Positions 1 through 8,035 of a stretch of DNA of 28,745 nt are shown here, piece after piece. Made by a program: the position numbers and the translations under genes. Location: positions 1 through 28,745 of the IMG/VR virus record IMGVR_UViG_3300021560_000059; one strand, given 5' to 3'. Position 1 is the first letter of the stretch, and each line of letters starts with the position of its first letter. Under the pieces are notes generated by a model that saw nothing but the letters and a program-made list of their open reading frames with translations, did not search any database and was not told where the DNA came from. Source of the stretch: a virus. Taxonomy: Duplodnaviria > Caudoviricetes.

Positions 1-1377
1 AAGGAGGTATTAATATTGGGAGGGAACAGAGCGAGTAAGAGCGAGTATGCGGCGTTAAAGGTGGTACGGACGTTAAAGGCAGGGAAGCGCAAACGGGTAT
101 GGTGTTTGCAGCAGACGGCGGCGGCGAGTGTGGAGATGCAGCAGCAACAGGTCTGGAAATATCTGCCGTTAGAGTACAAGGAACTGAGGAAAGGGAAGGT
201 AGCGAACATCAGTTACAGTCAGAAGAACGGGTTTAGCCAGTCGAAGCTAATATTTCCGAACGGGAGCGAATGTTATTTCAAGCATTACAGTCAAGATTTC
301 AGTGTAGTAGAGGGAGGAGAATGCGATTTGATATGGGCGGACGAGTTATTACCGTTAGGGTTACTGGAGACCTTGCGGTACAGGTTAGTGACGCGGGGTG
401 GACAACTGCTAGTGACCTTTACGCCGATAGCTGGGTATTCGGAGACGGTAAAAGAGTTTCTGGACGGGGCAAGGACGGTAGAAGAAGAAGCGGCGCCGTT
501 ACTGGGGGGCAAGCTGCTTCCGCGGGTACAACAGTGTGTAAGGAAGAGTGCGTTAGTACTATTTTTTTGGACGCAAGACAACCCATTTAGCGGGTACTCA
601 CATTTAGTGAAGACGTTAGAGGGAGCACCGCGGCCGGAGATAATGGTTAGGGCGTACGGGGTACCGCAGCGGAGCATAGGCCATCGGTTTCCTAACTTTC
701 GGGACAAGGTGCACGTGATAGGAGCGAATAAGATACCTAATGACGGGACTAACTACATGTTTGTGGATCCGGCGAGTGCGCGGAACTGGTTTATGATTTG
801 GGTACGGGTAAGCGGGGAGAAACTGTACGTATACCGTGAATGGCCGTGTGGAGGGAGTTACATACCTGGGATTGGGGATTTAGGAGCGTGGGCGGAACCG
901 GACGGGCGTAAGAGTGACGGGCGCGCTGGCCCGGCGCAGACGAGTCTAGGATGGGGGATAGCGCGGTACCAGGAAGAGATCAGGCGCTTAGAGGGCAAAG
1001 AAGAGGTGGTGGAACGCTGGATGGACTCGCGGTTTGGGAACAGTCCGACGGCGTTAGCGGACGAGGCGACGACGTTACTGGAACAATGTGCGATTGGTGG
1101 GATGGCGTTCTCGCCTGCGCCGGCTGACCCGGTGGAAGAAGGGGTAAGTTTGATCAATCACTTACTGGATTTTGGGAGTCCTGGGCAACCTGAACCCTTA
1201 CTGATGGTGAGCGAGGAATGCAAGGGTGTGATATTTGCGTTAAAGACCTGGACAGGGCGAGACGGGAAAGACGGAGCGAGCAAGGACCCGGTAGACTGTT
1301 TACGATGGGCGGCGGTAGCGCACCTGGTAGATTTCCAAGAAAGTTTTCAGTTGCAAGGGCCGGCGAGTGGGTACTAG
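1..1377 (+). CDS. terL: Phage terminase large subunit (5'-truncated by window edge)
   Basis: Frame is open from base 1 (KEVLILGGNRASKS). Walker A GGNRASKS, Walker B LIWADE, coupling motif VTFTP, and RNase H-like nuclease acidic motifs FVDP, MDSRFG, KDPVDCLRW. Directly upstream of portal. Confidence 0.95.
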   Translation, partial: KEVLILGGNRASKSEYAALKVVRTLKAGKRKRVWCLQQTAAASVEMQQQQVWKYLPLEYKELRKGKVANISYSQKNGFSQSKLIFPNGSECYFKHYSQDFSVVEGGECDLIWADELLPLGLLETLRYRLVTRGGQLLVTFTPIAGYSETVKEFLDGARTVEEEAAPLLGGKLLPRVQQCVRKSALVLFFWTQDNPFSGYSHLVKTLEGAPRPEIMVRAYGVPQRSIGHRFPNFRDKVHVIGANKIPNDGTNYMFVDPASARNWFMIWVRVSGEKLYVYREWPCGGSYIPGIGDLGAWAEPDGRKSDGRAGPAQTSLGWGIARYQEEIRRLEGKEEVVERWMDSRFGNSPTALADEATTLLEQCAIGGMAFSPAPADPVEEGVSLINHLLDFGSPGQPEPLLMVSEECKGVIFALKTWTGRDGKDGASKDPVDCLRWAAVAHLVDFQESFQLQGPASGY

Positions 1378-1449
1378 GGTAAGGAGCGATCTATTTTAGA
1401 GTGAGCTAGAGTAGTTACTGTGTTCAGGTGTTTTGGGTGCTTCCCTAGG

Positions 1450-1489
1450 GGTGCCTCTCCTTGATTAAGGCGGGAGAGGCACCTTTTTT
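1450..1489 (+). terminator. Rho-independent terminator after terL
   Basis: Perfect 11-bp stem GGTGCCTCTCC (1450-1460) / GGAGAGGCACC (1473-1483) followed by TTTTTT. Confidence 0.8.
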
Positions 1490-1530
1490 ATTGGAAAAAC
1501 CTGGATTCTATTGGTAGAGGTTGGAGCGTT

Positions 1531-3690
1531 GTGACGTTCGAGGAGGTCAAGGAACAATTTCTGCAATCGACCAGTGACGCTGGGGCCTATCAGAGTGTGG
1601 CCTCCAAGCTGGACGATACCCGGTACGAAAGGTGGGATGGGCAGACTGAGGATGGGCGCAAATGGAGCAAGTACATGGGGGAAGAAGCTTTTCCGTGGGA
1701 TGGGGCGAGCGATGTGCGGACATTTCACACGGAAGACATCATCCTGGACGACATCGATATCATGATGATGGCGAGCCGGAATGCGCACGCGCAGACGTTG
1801 CCGGCCAATTCCAGCTACCAGCAAGCGGCGACGGCGCAGACGGCGGTGATCGATTTTGTGACTCGGAACTGGTTAGCGATCGAGATGCCGCGGGAGACGG
1901 AATTTTTGGCTAACTGGCGTCAGCATTACGGGGCGGCGGTAATGGCGGTAGAATGGCGGATGGACATGGACTCGGAGGTGGTGACGGTCGGAATCCAGGA
2001 CTTGATGCAACTGGCCAGCCAGGTACCGCAACTGGGGGCGATGCTGCAATATTACAGCGATAACCAGGGCCAACTGAGTCAAGCTGATCAGCAGGCTGGG
2101 ATGAGCCTTTTCGCTCAACTCTTTCCGCAGGTTAAAAATCCCGGGGCAGCGTTGCAGAGTTTATTTAGTCAAGGCTCGTTTCAGTACGACAACCCCTACA
2201 TCAAAGAGTCGCGACCGAGCGTGACAGCGTTGCGAGTATTTCAGGACATCTTTTTTTTAAAAGGGGCGTACGACTTGCAGATTCTGCCCTGGATCGTGAG
2301 GCGGGACGTGATCCCGAAGACCAGCGTAGAAGACCGAGCGAAGTACGAAGGGTGGGATCCGGCGTTCACGCAGGAGGTTTTGAAACGGGCTGGGGCGAGT
2401 GCTTTGGGGCTTTCGATGCAGGGGATAGGCGACATGTCGATGCGGTCGAACCGGCTTTACATCGATGACCAGCGGATGTTGTGCGAAGTCTTTTACGGGT
2501 TCTGGAAAGGGGAAGACTCGAGCGGGAACCGTCGGATCAAGGTCACGATCTTTCATCCTGGGACCAAGATAATTGGGCGAGAATTGCCTAATCCGTATCT
2601 GCACGGTCGTTATCCGTACATTCTGTGCATGCGGGAGAAGCGGAGCCGGAGCGTAGTGGAATCGCGGGGGATCGGGGACGTTGAAATGACGCATCAGACC
2701 GAGATAAAGAATCAACGCGATAGCCGAAATGATCGGACAAGTCTCGGGACGCTTCCTCCACTGCAAGTTCCATTAGGTCGCGGTAAGCAGCAGTATAGGC
2801 TCGGACCGAGGGCGCAATTAAAAGTTTTAAGGCCGGGAGAGTTATCCTGGCTACCACTGCCACCGTTAGATCAGGAAACATTTGAGGTGGAAAACACAAT
2901 TTTAAGAAGTGCCTACAACTACTGGGGAAAGAGTTGGGGTGGCGTGGATCCTAACAAGGTTTTGCGCAAACAGCAACGGCTGATTGACTGTTGGCTAGGG
3001 GAACTGCGGGAGGTGTACCTGCAGATTTACTGGCTGTGCCAGCAATACATGGATCCGCAGGACTGGATCACGATCTCCGGGGATCCGAGCTCGGTACCGC
3101 AAACCGACCGGCAATCGATCCAGAACAATTTGAATTTGAGTTTGGAATTTGACGCAAAAGATTTGAACCAAGAGTTCTTAACGGCCAAGTTAAATTTGAT
3201 TCAGACGATGCTGGTTGCAACGGATGCGGCAGGTGTTATTGACCGTGCGGGCCTGACCCAGTATGCGGCTAACGCGTTGGATCCGGCGTTGGCCAGGCAG
3301 ATTGTAAGGCCCAGTGAACAGGTGACCCAGCAAGAGATTCAAAGTGAGCAACAGGCGATGAGCCAGATTGTCAGCGGTGTCGAGCCGCCGGTGTTCGCCT
3401 CAGGACAAAACGCCCAATTACGGCTTCAAGTGATTCAGAGCACAATGGGTAACCAGGATTTCATGAATTTCCTGCGTCAGAACCCATTGGCACAAGAACG
3501 TCTGCAGCGCCGGGTACAAAACATGCAATTTCAGCTGACCCAGCAACAGAACGCCATAACAGGAAAAATTGGTGTTCCACCGGGACCGACTGAAGCGCTC
3601 GGAGCAGGGGGTGGCCCTGCGCCTGCGCCTAGTGCAGTCGCTACACCGCCGCCCGCGCAGCAACCGGCGCAATCCTCACCACAACAATGA
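1531..3690 (+). CDS. Portal (head-tail connector) protein, podovirus type
   Basis: 719 aa after terL, GTG start with GGAG upstream. Motifs FPWDGASD, HGRYPY, SRGIGD and a Gln-rich C-terminal coiled/barrel segment as in P22-like long portals. Confidence 0.88.
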   Translation: MTFEEVKEQFLQSTSDAGAYQSVASKLDDTRYERWDGQTEDGRKWSKYMGEEAFPWDGASDVRTFHTEDIILDDIDIMMMASRNAHAQTLPANSSYQQAATAQTAVIDFVTRNWLAIEMPRETEFLANWRQHYGAAVMAVEWRMDMDSEVVTVGIQDLMQLASQVPQLGAMLQYYSDNQGQLSQADQQAGMSLFAQLFPQVKNPGAALQSLFSQGSFQYDNPYIKESRPSVTALRVFQDIFFLKGAYDLQILPWIVRRDVIPKTSVEDRAKYEGWDPAFTQEVLKRAGASALGLSMQGIGDMSMRSNRLYIDDQRMLCEVFYGFWKGEDSSGNRRIKVTIFHPGTKIIGRELPNPYLHGRYPYILCMREKRSRSVVESRGIGDVEMTHQTEIKNQRDSRNDRTSLGTLPPLQVPLGRGKQQYRLGPRAQLKVLRPGELSWLPLPPLDQETFEVENTILRSAYNYWGKSWGGVDPNKVLRKQQRLIDCWLGELREVYLQIYWLCQQYMDPQDWITISGDPSSVPQTDRQSIQNNLNLSLEFDAKDLNQEFLTAKLNLIQTMLVATDAAGVIDRAGLTQYAANALDPALARQIVRPSEQVTQQEIQSEQQAMSQIVSGVEPPVFASGQNAQLRLQVIQSTMGNQDFMNFLRQNPLAQERLQRRVQNMQFQLTQQQNAITGKIGVPPGPTEALGAGGGPAPAPSAVATPPPAQQPAQSSPQQ

Positions 3691-3693
3691 AAT

Positions 3694-5130
3694 ATGGCTA
3701 CGATCAACGTTAACCCAGGCGGCTCGATTCAGGGCGCCATCAATGGGGCAAACTCTGGCGACACCATCACGGTTGCCGCAGGCACTTATCAGGGGGATGT
3801 GAACGTGAGCAAAACCCTGACCTTGCAAGGTGGGGGCACAGCGAAAATCGCAGGGCGGCTCAATGTGCCGGCCAGCAGCTGCGTAGTGGACGGGTTTAGC
3901 TGTGCAATCTCTGGAATGGGCTCGGGTCAAAGCTGGTGTTCGGTTACCGGCAATAACAATGTGGTTAAGAACATTGTCTACGACGGGATTCGGTGGACGG
4001 GAAACGCAGACGAAGCCACAGCCTTTTTCATGAGTGGCAGCGGCAATACGTTCCTCAAATGCCGGGTTTCAAACTGCGATAGCACGGACGCGTTTCATCC
4101 TTTCGGGCAAAATAACACGATCGATTCCTGTGAGGTTTACGGTTTAACAAGCAACTCGTACGGTTCTGGAGCGCATGTCGATTGCGTGCAGTTCTGGGGT
4201 GCGAACATCCAGAATATCACAGTCCAGAACTGTTATTTTCACGACAACCAGTCACAGACGGGGATCGTGGATGTCAGTCCCGGTGGCTCGAATTCAAGCA
4301 CTTTCAACTTTACCTGGCGCAACAATATCGTGCGGAAATGCGGCCAGTTTTTCTGTTTCGTCAATAACGCCCGCTTCCTCAACTCGCTCTGGTACGACAC
4401 CGGGGACCAGTGGAACAACATACTTTATTTCTCGGGCTCAAATTCAGGGTACCAGATTAAAAATTGTTGCTTCGCGGGCGGGAGCGGCTGGATCGATGGG
4501 GGCACGCCAGGTTATGTGAGTCTCGATCACAATTTCGCCGCTAAAGCTGATGGTTCGCCGGTTAGTTGGAACCTCGGATCCAATAGCCTCAACGGAGGAA
4601 ATCCGAAATTCGTAAGTCCTCCCAACGATTTTCACCTTCAAACCGGTTCGCCTCTGATTGGTGCTGCGGCCCCACAGAATCCAGCTTTCCCTGACAAAGA
4701 CGGCAAAGACCGCGGCTCAAGTTGGGATATCGGTCCCTATGAGGCAGGCGCCGCACCGCCGCCGCAAGCGAGCACTAAATTCCGCCAAGGCGACACAGTC
4801 GAGACAACCGAGGTTGCCAATATCCGCTCAACGCCGGCCGGCCAATTGCTCGGCACTCAGGCTGCGGGAGCGCAAGGCACAATCCAAGCCTCGCCAGCTA
4901 CCCCCGCAAATTTCAATAACGCAACCGTCCAATGGTGGCAGGTCACTTTCGCTGGCGCCCCTTCGGGTTGGGTTGGCGAGGATGTGCTCTCCTTGAGTGC
5001 CAGTGCGCCAGAACCTCCGGGTGAAACATGGAACCAATGGACTCAGGCACTCACTGAGGCGATCGCAGCCTGGATCACAGCGAATCCGCCGACTCCGGAC
5101 GCGCTCAAGTCCATGATGGCAGAGCGCTAG
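3694..5130 (+). CDS. Right-handed beta-helix (pectin-lyase fold) protein with choice-of-anchor-Q-like segment and C-terminal SH3b-like domain; putative depolymerase
   Basis: N-cap SIQGAINGANSGDTITVAAGTY, Asn/Cys-ladder repeats, HVDCVQ, DFHLQTGSPLIGAA..DKDG..WDIGPYE, then ANIRSTP..WWQVTF..SGWV (SH3b-like). No signal peptide. Confidence 0.8.
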   Translation: MATINVNPGGSIQGAINGANSGDTITVAAGTYQGDVNVSKTLTLQGGGTAKIAGRLNVPASSCVVDGFSCAISGMGSGQSWCSVTGNNNVVKNIVYDGIRWTGNADEATAFFMSGSGNTFLKCRVSNCDSTDAFHPFGQNNTIDSCEVYGLTSNSYGSGAHVDCVQFWGANIQNITVQNCYFHDNQSQTGIVDVSPGGSNSSTFNFTWRNNIVRKCGQFFCFVNNARFLNSLWYDTGDQWNNILYFSGSNSGYQIKNCCFAGGSGWIDGGTPGYVSLDHNFAAKADGSPVSWNLGSNSLNGGNPKFVSPPNDFHLQTGSPLIGAAAPQNPAFPDKDGKDRGSSWDIGPYEAGAAPPPQASTKFRQGDTVETTEVANIRSTPAGQLLGTQAAGAQGTIQASPATPANFNNATVQWWQVTFAGAPSGWVGEDVLSLSASAPEPPGETWNQWTQALTEAIAAWITANPPTPDALKSMMAER

Positions 5131-5282
5131 TTTTTCCCTAGCTCTCTGCGTTCTTCCAAATGCTTTAAGAGAACGAAAACTGCTTCTTTTTCGTTCTCCC
5201 GTTCTAGACGTCGCATCAACCGAAGGATTTCCTCTTCGGTCATGGCGTGGAGGATTTTCCACAAGACGTGCTGTTTGATCAC
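5127..5282 (-). CDS. Small charged helical hypothetical protein (51 aa, not in ORF track)
   Basis: Hand translation: (M)IKQHVLWKILHAMTEEEILRLMRRLERENEKEAVFVLLKHLEERRELGKN*. GTG start overlaps the TGA of the 5279-5557 ORF (GTGA coupling). Confidence 0.55.
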   Translation of the reverse strand: MIKQHVLWKILHAMTEEEILRLMRRLERENEKEAVFVLLKHLEERRELGKN

Positions 5283-5557
5283 TCGTGGTCCCCCGGTTGC
5301 CTCGAACTAATGACTTTGTGCGCGGGAAAAGCGCACCAGAGGGTGAAACAACCTTCCTGGAAATTAGTCGCTACGCCCGATACCGAATAGAAGGCGTGGA
5401 CATCGGAATCAAGAGCTGAGAAGTAGCGGATGGGATGATCCCCATATTGATTTACGAGGCTTCTCAGAACATTGGAGAGTTGCAACGCGGTGAGTTCGCC
5501 GCCATGAGTAAAGGAAGCGCTCAAAAAAAGCGCGCCGCTAAGTAGTAGTTTGTTCAT
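5279..5557 (-). CDS. Small hypothetical protein with signal-peptide-like N-terminus
   Basis: MNKLLLSGALFLSASFTHG-GE has a basic n-region, hydrophobic core and small-residue cleavage site. Overlaps neighbours in a tiled minus-strand cassette. Confidence 0.6.
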   Translation of the reverse strand: MNKLLLSGALFLSASFTHGGELTALQLSNVLRSLVNQYGDHPIRYFSALDSDVHAFYSVSGVATNFQEGCFTLWCAFPAHKVISSRQPGDHE

Positions 5558-5753
5558 ATTTTTTCATTAGTTCCCATACCAAGGCACAGTGATGGGAAAG
5601 AGTTTTCATTTTTTCGTCCTCGGAAACCTGGTAACCGCTCAGCCATTGCGCGCCCAGTTCAGCCAGGGCGTCGCCCTGCACGTCAGGATCGGCGCCCGCA
5701 AGCATCGATTGGATGCGGGCTACTAATTCAGGTGCTTTGAGATCGTTTTTCAT
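5538..5753 (-). CDS. Hypothetical protein (71 aa)
   Basis: ATGA overlap with upstream ORF; helical globular composition. Confidence 0.65.
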   Translation of the reverse strand: MKNDLKAPELVARIQSMLAGADPDVQGDALAELGAQWLSGYQVSEDEKMKTLSHHCALVWELMKKYEQTTT

Positions 5754-5848
5754 AAAGTGTGAAACAAAAGGATCGAGATTAAGACCCAGGTAGCCACGTA
5801 AAGCGCGACCACTACGGTGACCCAGAAGGCTAATCCGGGTGATGCCAT
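5750..5848 (-). CDS. Single-TM micropeptide (32 aa)
   Basis: MASPGLAFWVTVVVALYVATWVLISILLFHTL*. ATG at 5848 preferred over TTG at 5956 because another ORF occupies 5830-5964; stop overlaps the next ATG. Confidence 0.5.
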   Translation of the reverse strand: MASPGLAFWVTVVVALYVATWVLISILLFHTL

Positions 5849-5964
5849 CGTTCGCGTACGGAGTCTTCGATAAGAATGTGAGAACACGCCCACATTGTCA
5901 GCGCGCAGTAAAGCAAGACTCCCAAGCCAGTCATCAGGATCGCTAAAACCAAGCAAACCCTCAT
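5830..5964 (-). CDS. Single-TM micropeptide (44 aa, not in ORF track)
   Basis: Hand translation: MRVCLVLAILMTGLGVLLYCALTMWACSHILIEDSVRERWHHPD*. ATG immediately follows the TAA of the 5965-6159 ORF. Confidence 0.5.
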   Translation of the reverse strand: MRVCLVLAILMTGLGVLLYCALTMWACSHILIEDSVRERWHHPD

Positions 5965-6159
5965 TTACGCAGCAACCTTTCTTAAGTGCTCCACGAACTC
6001 ATCGCCGACGTTCGCCTCACGAGCTCTTTCACGTTCCAGCTTTGAAATTTGCACATCAAACAGCCTGCTGGCCTCGGCCAGGAATTCGTCCTTGGAAAGA
6101 CGATGAGCGCGAACGGCCGATCGGGCCGATTGGCTCAAGCGATTCTTGAATTGGTCCAT
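5965..6159 (-). CDS. Hypothetical helical protein, first gene of minus-strand cassette
   Basis: MDQFKNRLSQ..., charged amphipathic helices, preceded by an AT-rich intergenic region (6163-6282). Confidence 0.6.
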   Translation of the reverse strand: MDQFKNRLSQSARSAVRAHRLSKDEFLAEASRLFDVQISKLERERAREANVGDEFVEHLRKVAA

Positions 6160-6162
6160 CAA

Positions 6163-6282
6163 AAGAGAAGGATCGGAAATTTAAAACCCGACTTTAAAGA
6201 AAAAATTGAAAATTTCATCTTTTCTCCAACGCGAACACGTTTTAGTGCATAAGTCGCGCAACGTGTTACAATGGGCTAATTT
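6163..6282. promoter_or_regulatory. Divergent promoter region with inverted repeat and extended -10 candidate
   Basis: AT-rich gap between divergent genes. 8-bp inverted repeat AACACGTT (6234-6241) / AACGTGTT (6260-6267). TGtTACAAT (6264-6272) resembles TGnTATAAT, 10 nt before ATG 6283. Confidence 0.5.
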
Positions 6283-6777
6283 ATGCCGACAGCACCAGTC
6301 CTGGTAAATCCCGGTGGCGTCGCGCCGCCACTCGCTCCGACTCCTCCCGTTGCCGCCGAGGACGTGTCCAAATTGGACCCCAACTTCGCCGCAGCATGGA
6401 ACAGTCTTAAACCGTTGTTTCCCGGTTCGTTCGAAGGCGACAACGCGACTATCGCGGTTATCGCTGCGATCGCGTATCGCTACAAAGGCGGCGGCGGTCC
6501 TTATACGCCGACCATAGGTTCAATCTCGCCAACGACAACCGCCCACAACGTGGCGTTTAACCTGACCGTGAACGGCACCCTTTATGATCCCGGCGCCGCG
6601 GTCGAGATTACCCTTGCCGGCAAAACCACTGTTTTGCGACCCTCCACAATAAGCACTCCTGTGCAGATTATCGTTGCCGTACCTGCTTCCGCGATTGTCG
6701 CGGCTGGCACCGCAACCGTTCTTGTCCGCAACCTGGACGGCACCGCGTCCACAACCACAAACCTCACCGTCACATGA
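6283..6777 (+). CDS. IPT/TIG (Ig-like) domain protein, possible capsid decoration
   Basis: C-terminal PTIGSISPTT..LTVNGT..GAAV..AGTATVLVRNLDG..LTVT is an IPT/TIG pattern; Pro-rich N-terminus. Confidence 0.7.
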   Translation: MPTAPVLVNPGGVAPPLAPTPPVAAEDVSKLDPNFAAAWNSLKPLFPGSFEGDNATIAVIAAIAYRYKGGGGPYTPTIGSISPTTTAHNVAFNLTVNGTLYDPGAAVEITLAGKTTVLRPSTISTPVQIIVAVPASAIVAAGTATVLVRNLDGTASTTTNLTVT

Positions 6778-7097
6778 GTACCGCCGCTTCCGAAACCAAA
6801 CCAGTCGAGTCACCTGCACTTAAAAATTACACGCGACCGGTCGACCCAAAGACCGACGTGGCTTACGTCAAAAGCACCTATCAGGAGGAAGTGAAACCCA
6901 CGGGCGATTATCCGCCAGAATTCGTCACTTTCATGCAAGAGCACGCCAACGAATGTCCTGGCGCGGATGCGGGAGATGCGGCTTTCTGGACATGGGTTCT
7001 TGGAGTCTGGGAACACGCCGTCGATAGCGTGCCGCCCGTAAAAAGCTCAGCCTCTAAGGAACCAGAGAAGCACGAAGATCCGAAGAAGCATAAGTGA
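6774..7097 (+). CDS. Hypothetical protein
   Basis: ATGA overlap with upstream gene and GTGA overlap with downstream gene. Confidence 0.7.
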   Translation: MSTAASETKPVESPALKNYTRPVDPKTDVAYVKSTYQEEVKPTGDYPPEFVTFMQEHANECPGADAGDAAFWTWVLGVWEHAVDSVPPVKSSASKEPEKHEDPKKHK

Positions 7098-7291
7098 TCA
7101 CGACCCTCCTGTATTTGTTGATCCTGGCTATCGTGCTGGGATTGATTTGCTGGCTCGCGGCGCAAATCCCGTTCGTCGCGCCGTTCACCAGAATCATACA
7201 GGTTGTCGCCCTTGTTCTGTTTATCGTCTATATTATTTACATTTTAATAGGTCTTATCGGAGGCGGACATGTCAATCTCCCGGTCAGGTGA
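7094..7291 (+). CDS. Small two-TM membrane protein (holin candidate)
   Basis: Two long hydrophobic helices separated by QIPFVAPFTR. The holin role is inference only. Confidence 0.65.
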   Translation: MITTLLYLLILAIVLGLICWLAAQIPFVAPFTRIIQVVALVLFIVYIIYILIGLIGGGHVNLPVR

Positions 7292-7622
7292 TCCCGCCGT
7301 CAGCTTCAAATGGTATTACCGACCTGAATCGAAGCTGCCGATTGTCCAGATTATTGACAACGAGCAGACGTACGTTAAACAAGCCGAGATTCCGGATCTC
7401 TTGCGAGAAATCGACGACCGGCACTGGAACGTCGTGCGGCAACTTCTGATCGAGGCCAAGATGCGAGCCGAAAGCATGCTCGCCCGTGAAGACATTGTCG
7501 GCAACGCTCAGATGCTCAGCCATTACTCAGGCTGGTTCGCATACGCCAGCTACGTATTTGCAAATCTGGACGGCCTCCGCAGCGGCGTCATTGGCGTTCC
7601 TGACGAGCAGCCCGTACGATGA
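7269..7622 (+). CDS. Hypothetical helical protein, probably the small gene that normally sits between portal and scaffold
   Basis: GGAGG at 7259-7263 before ATG; helical ~117 aa; position upstream of scaffold. Confidence 0.7.
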   Translation: MSISRSGDPAVSFKWYYRPESKLPIVQIIDNEQTYVKQAEIPDLLREIDDRHWNVVRQLLIEAKMRAESMLAREDIVGNAQMLSHYSGWFAYASYVFANLDGLRSGVIGVPDEQPVR

Positions 7623-7816
7623 ACACCTCGGTTGTAGCCCCCGATATCAATCTGAAAGACCGTTATTACGTGTACCGCGGCGTAGTGCTTCATCAGAAAA
7701 CCTCTGCGGCACAAGCCGATCAATTGTACTGGCAGCTTAAGGGCGGTGGCGTTCTGCTTCGGCCCATCAATCGGGTTGTCAGAAAATTCTTGCGCGCCGC
7801 AGCCGCTAGCGGGTAA
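7619..7816 (+). CDS. Small basic hypothetical protein
   Basis: ATGA overlap; fills the gap before the terminator. Confidence 0.55.
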   Translation: MNTSVVAPDINLKDRYYVYRGVVLHQKTSAAQADQLYWQLKGGGVLLRPINRVVRKFLRAAAASG

Positions 7817-7887
7817 GTTGCCTGGCGAGAACTAAAGAGGACGTCGTGTTCCTCATTTCACGGCGGCCCGTGGGCAGATAGCATAGG

Positions 7888-7932
7888 CACGCTGGCAGGT
7901 TTTTTAGATTTTTTCCTGCCAGCGTGTTTTTT
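7888..7932 (+). terminator. Rho-independent terminator before scaffold gene
   Basis: Perfect 12-bp stem CACGCTGGCAGG (7888-7899) / CCTGCCAGCGTG (7915-7926), 15-nt T-rich loop, then TTTTTT. Confidence 0.75.
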
Positions 7933-8035
7933 GTTTTTATTGATTATTCCAAACATTTATGCCAAGAGTTGCCATTTTAACGGACTGAGCACCGTTTCTT
8001 GCTCTGGGTAAAGATTTTCTTTGTTTTTTAAAACA

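Noticed and set aside
2251-2266. T8-A4-G4 slippery run in the portal gene
   Set aside because: The ORF is intact through it, encoding FFLKG; no evident stimulatory structure or useful alternative product.
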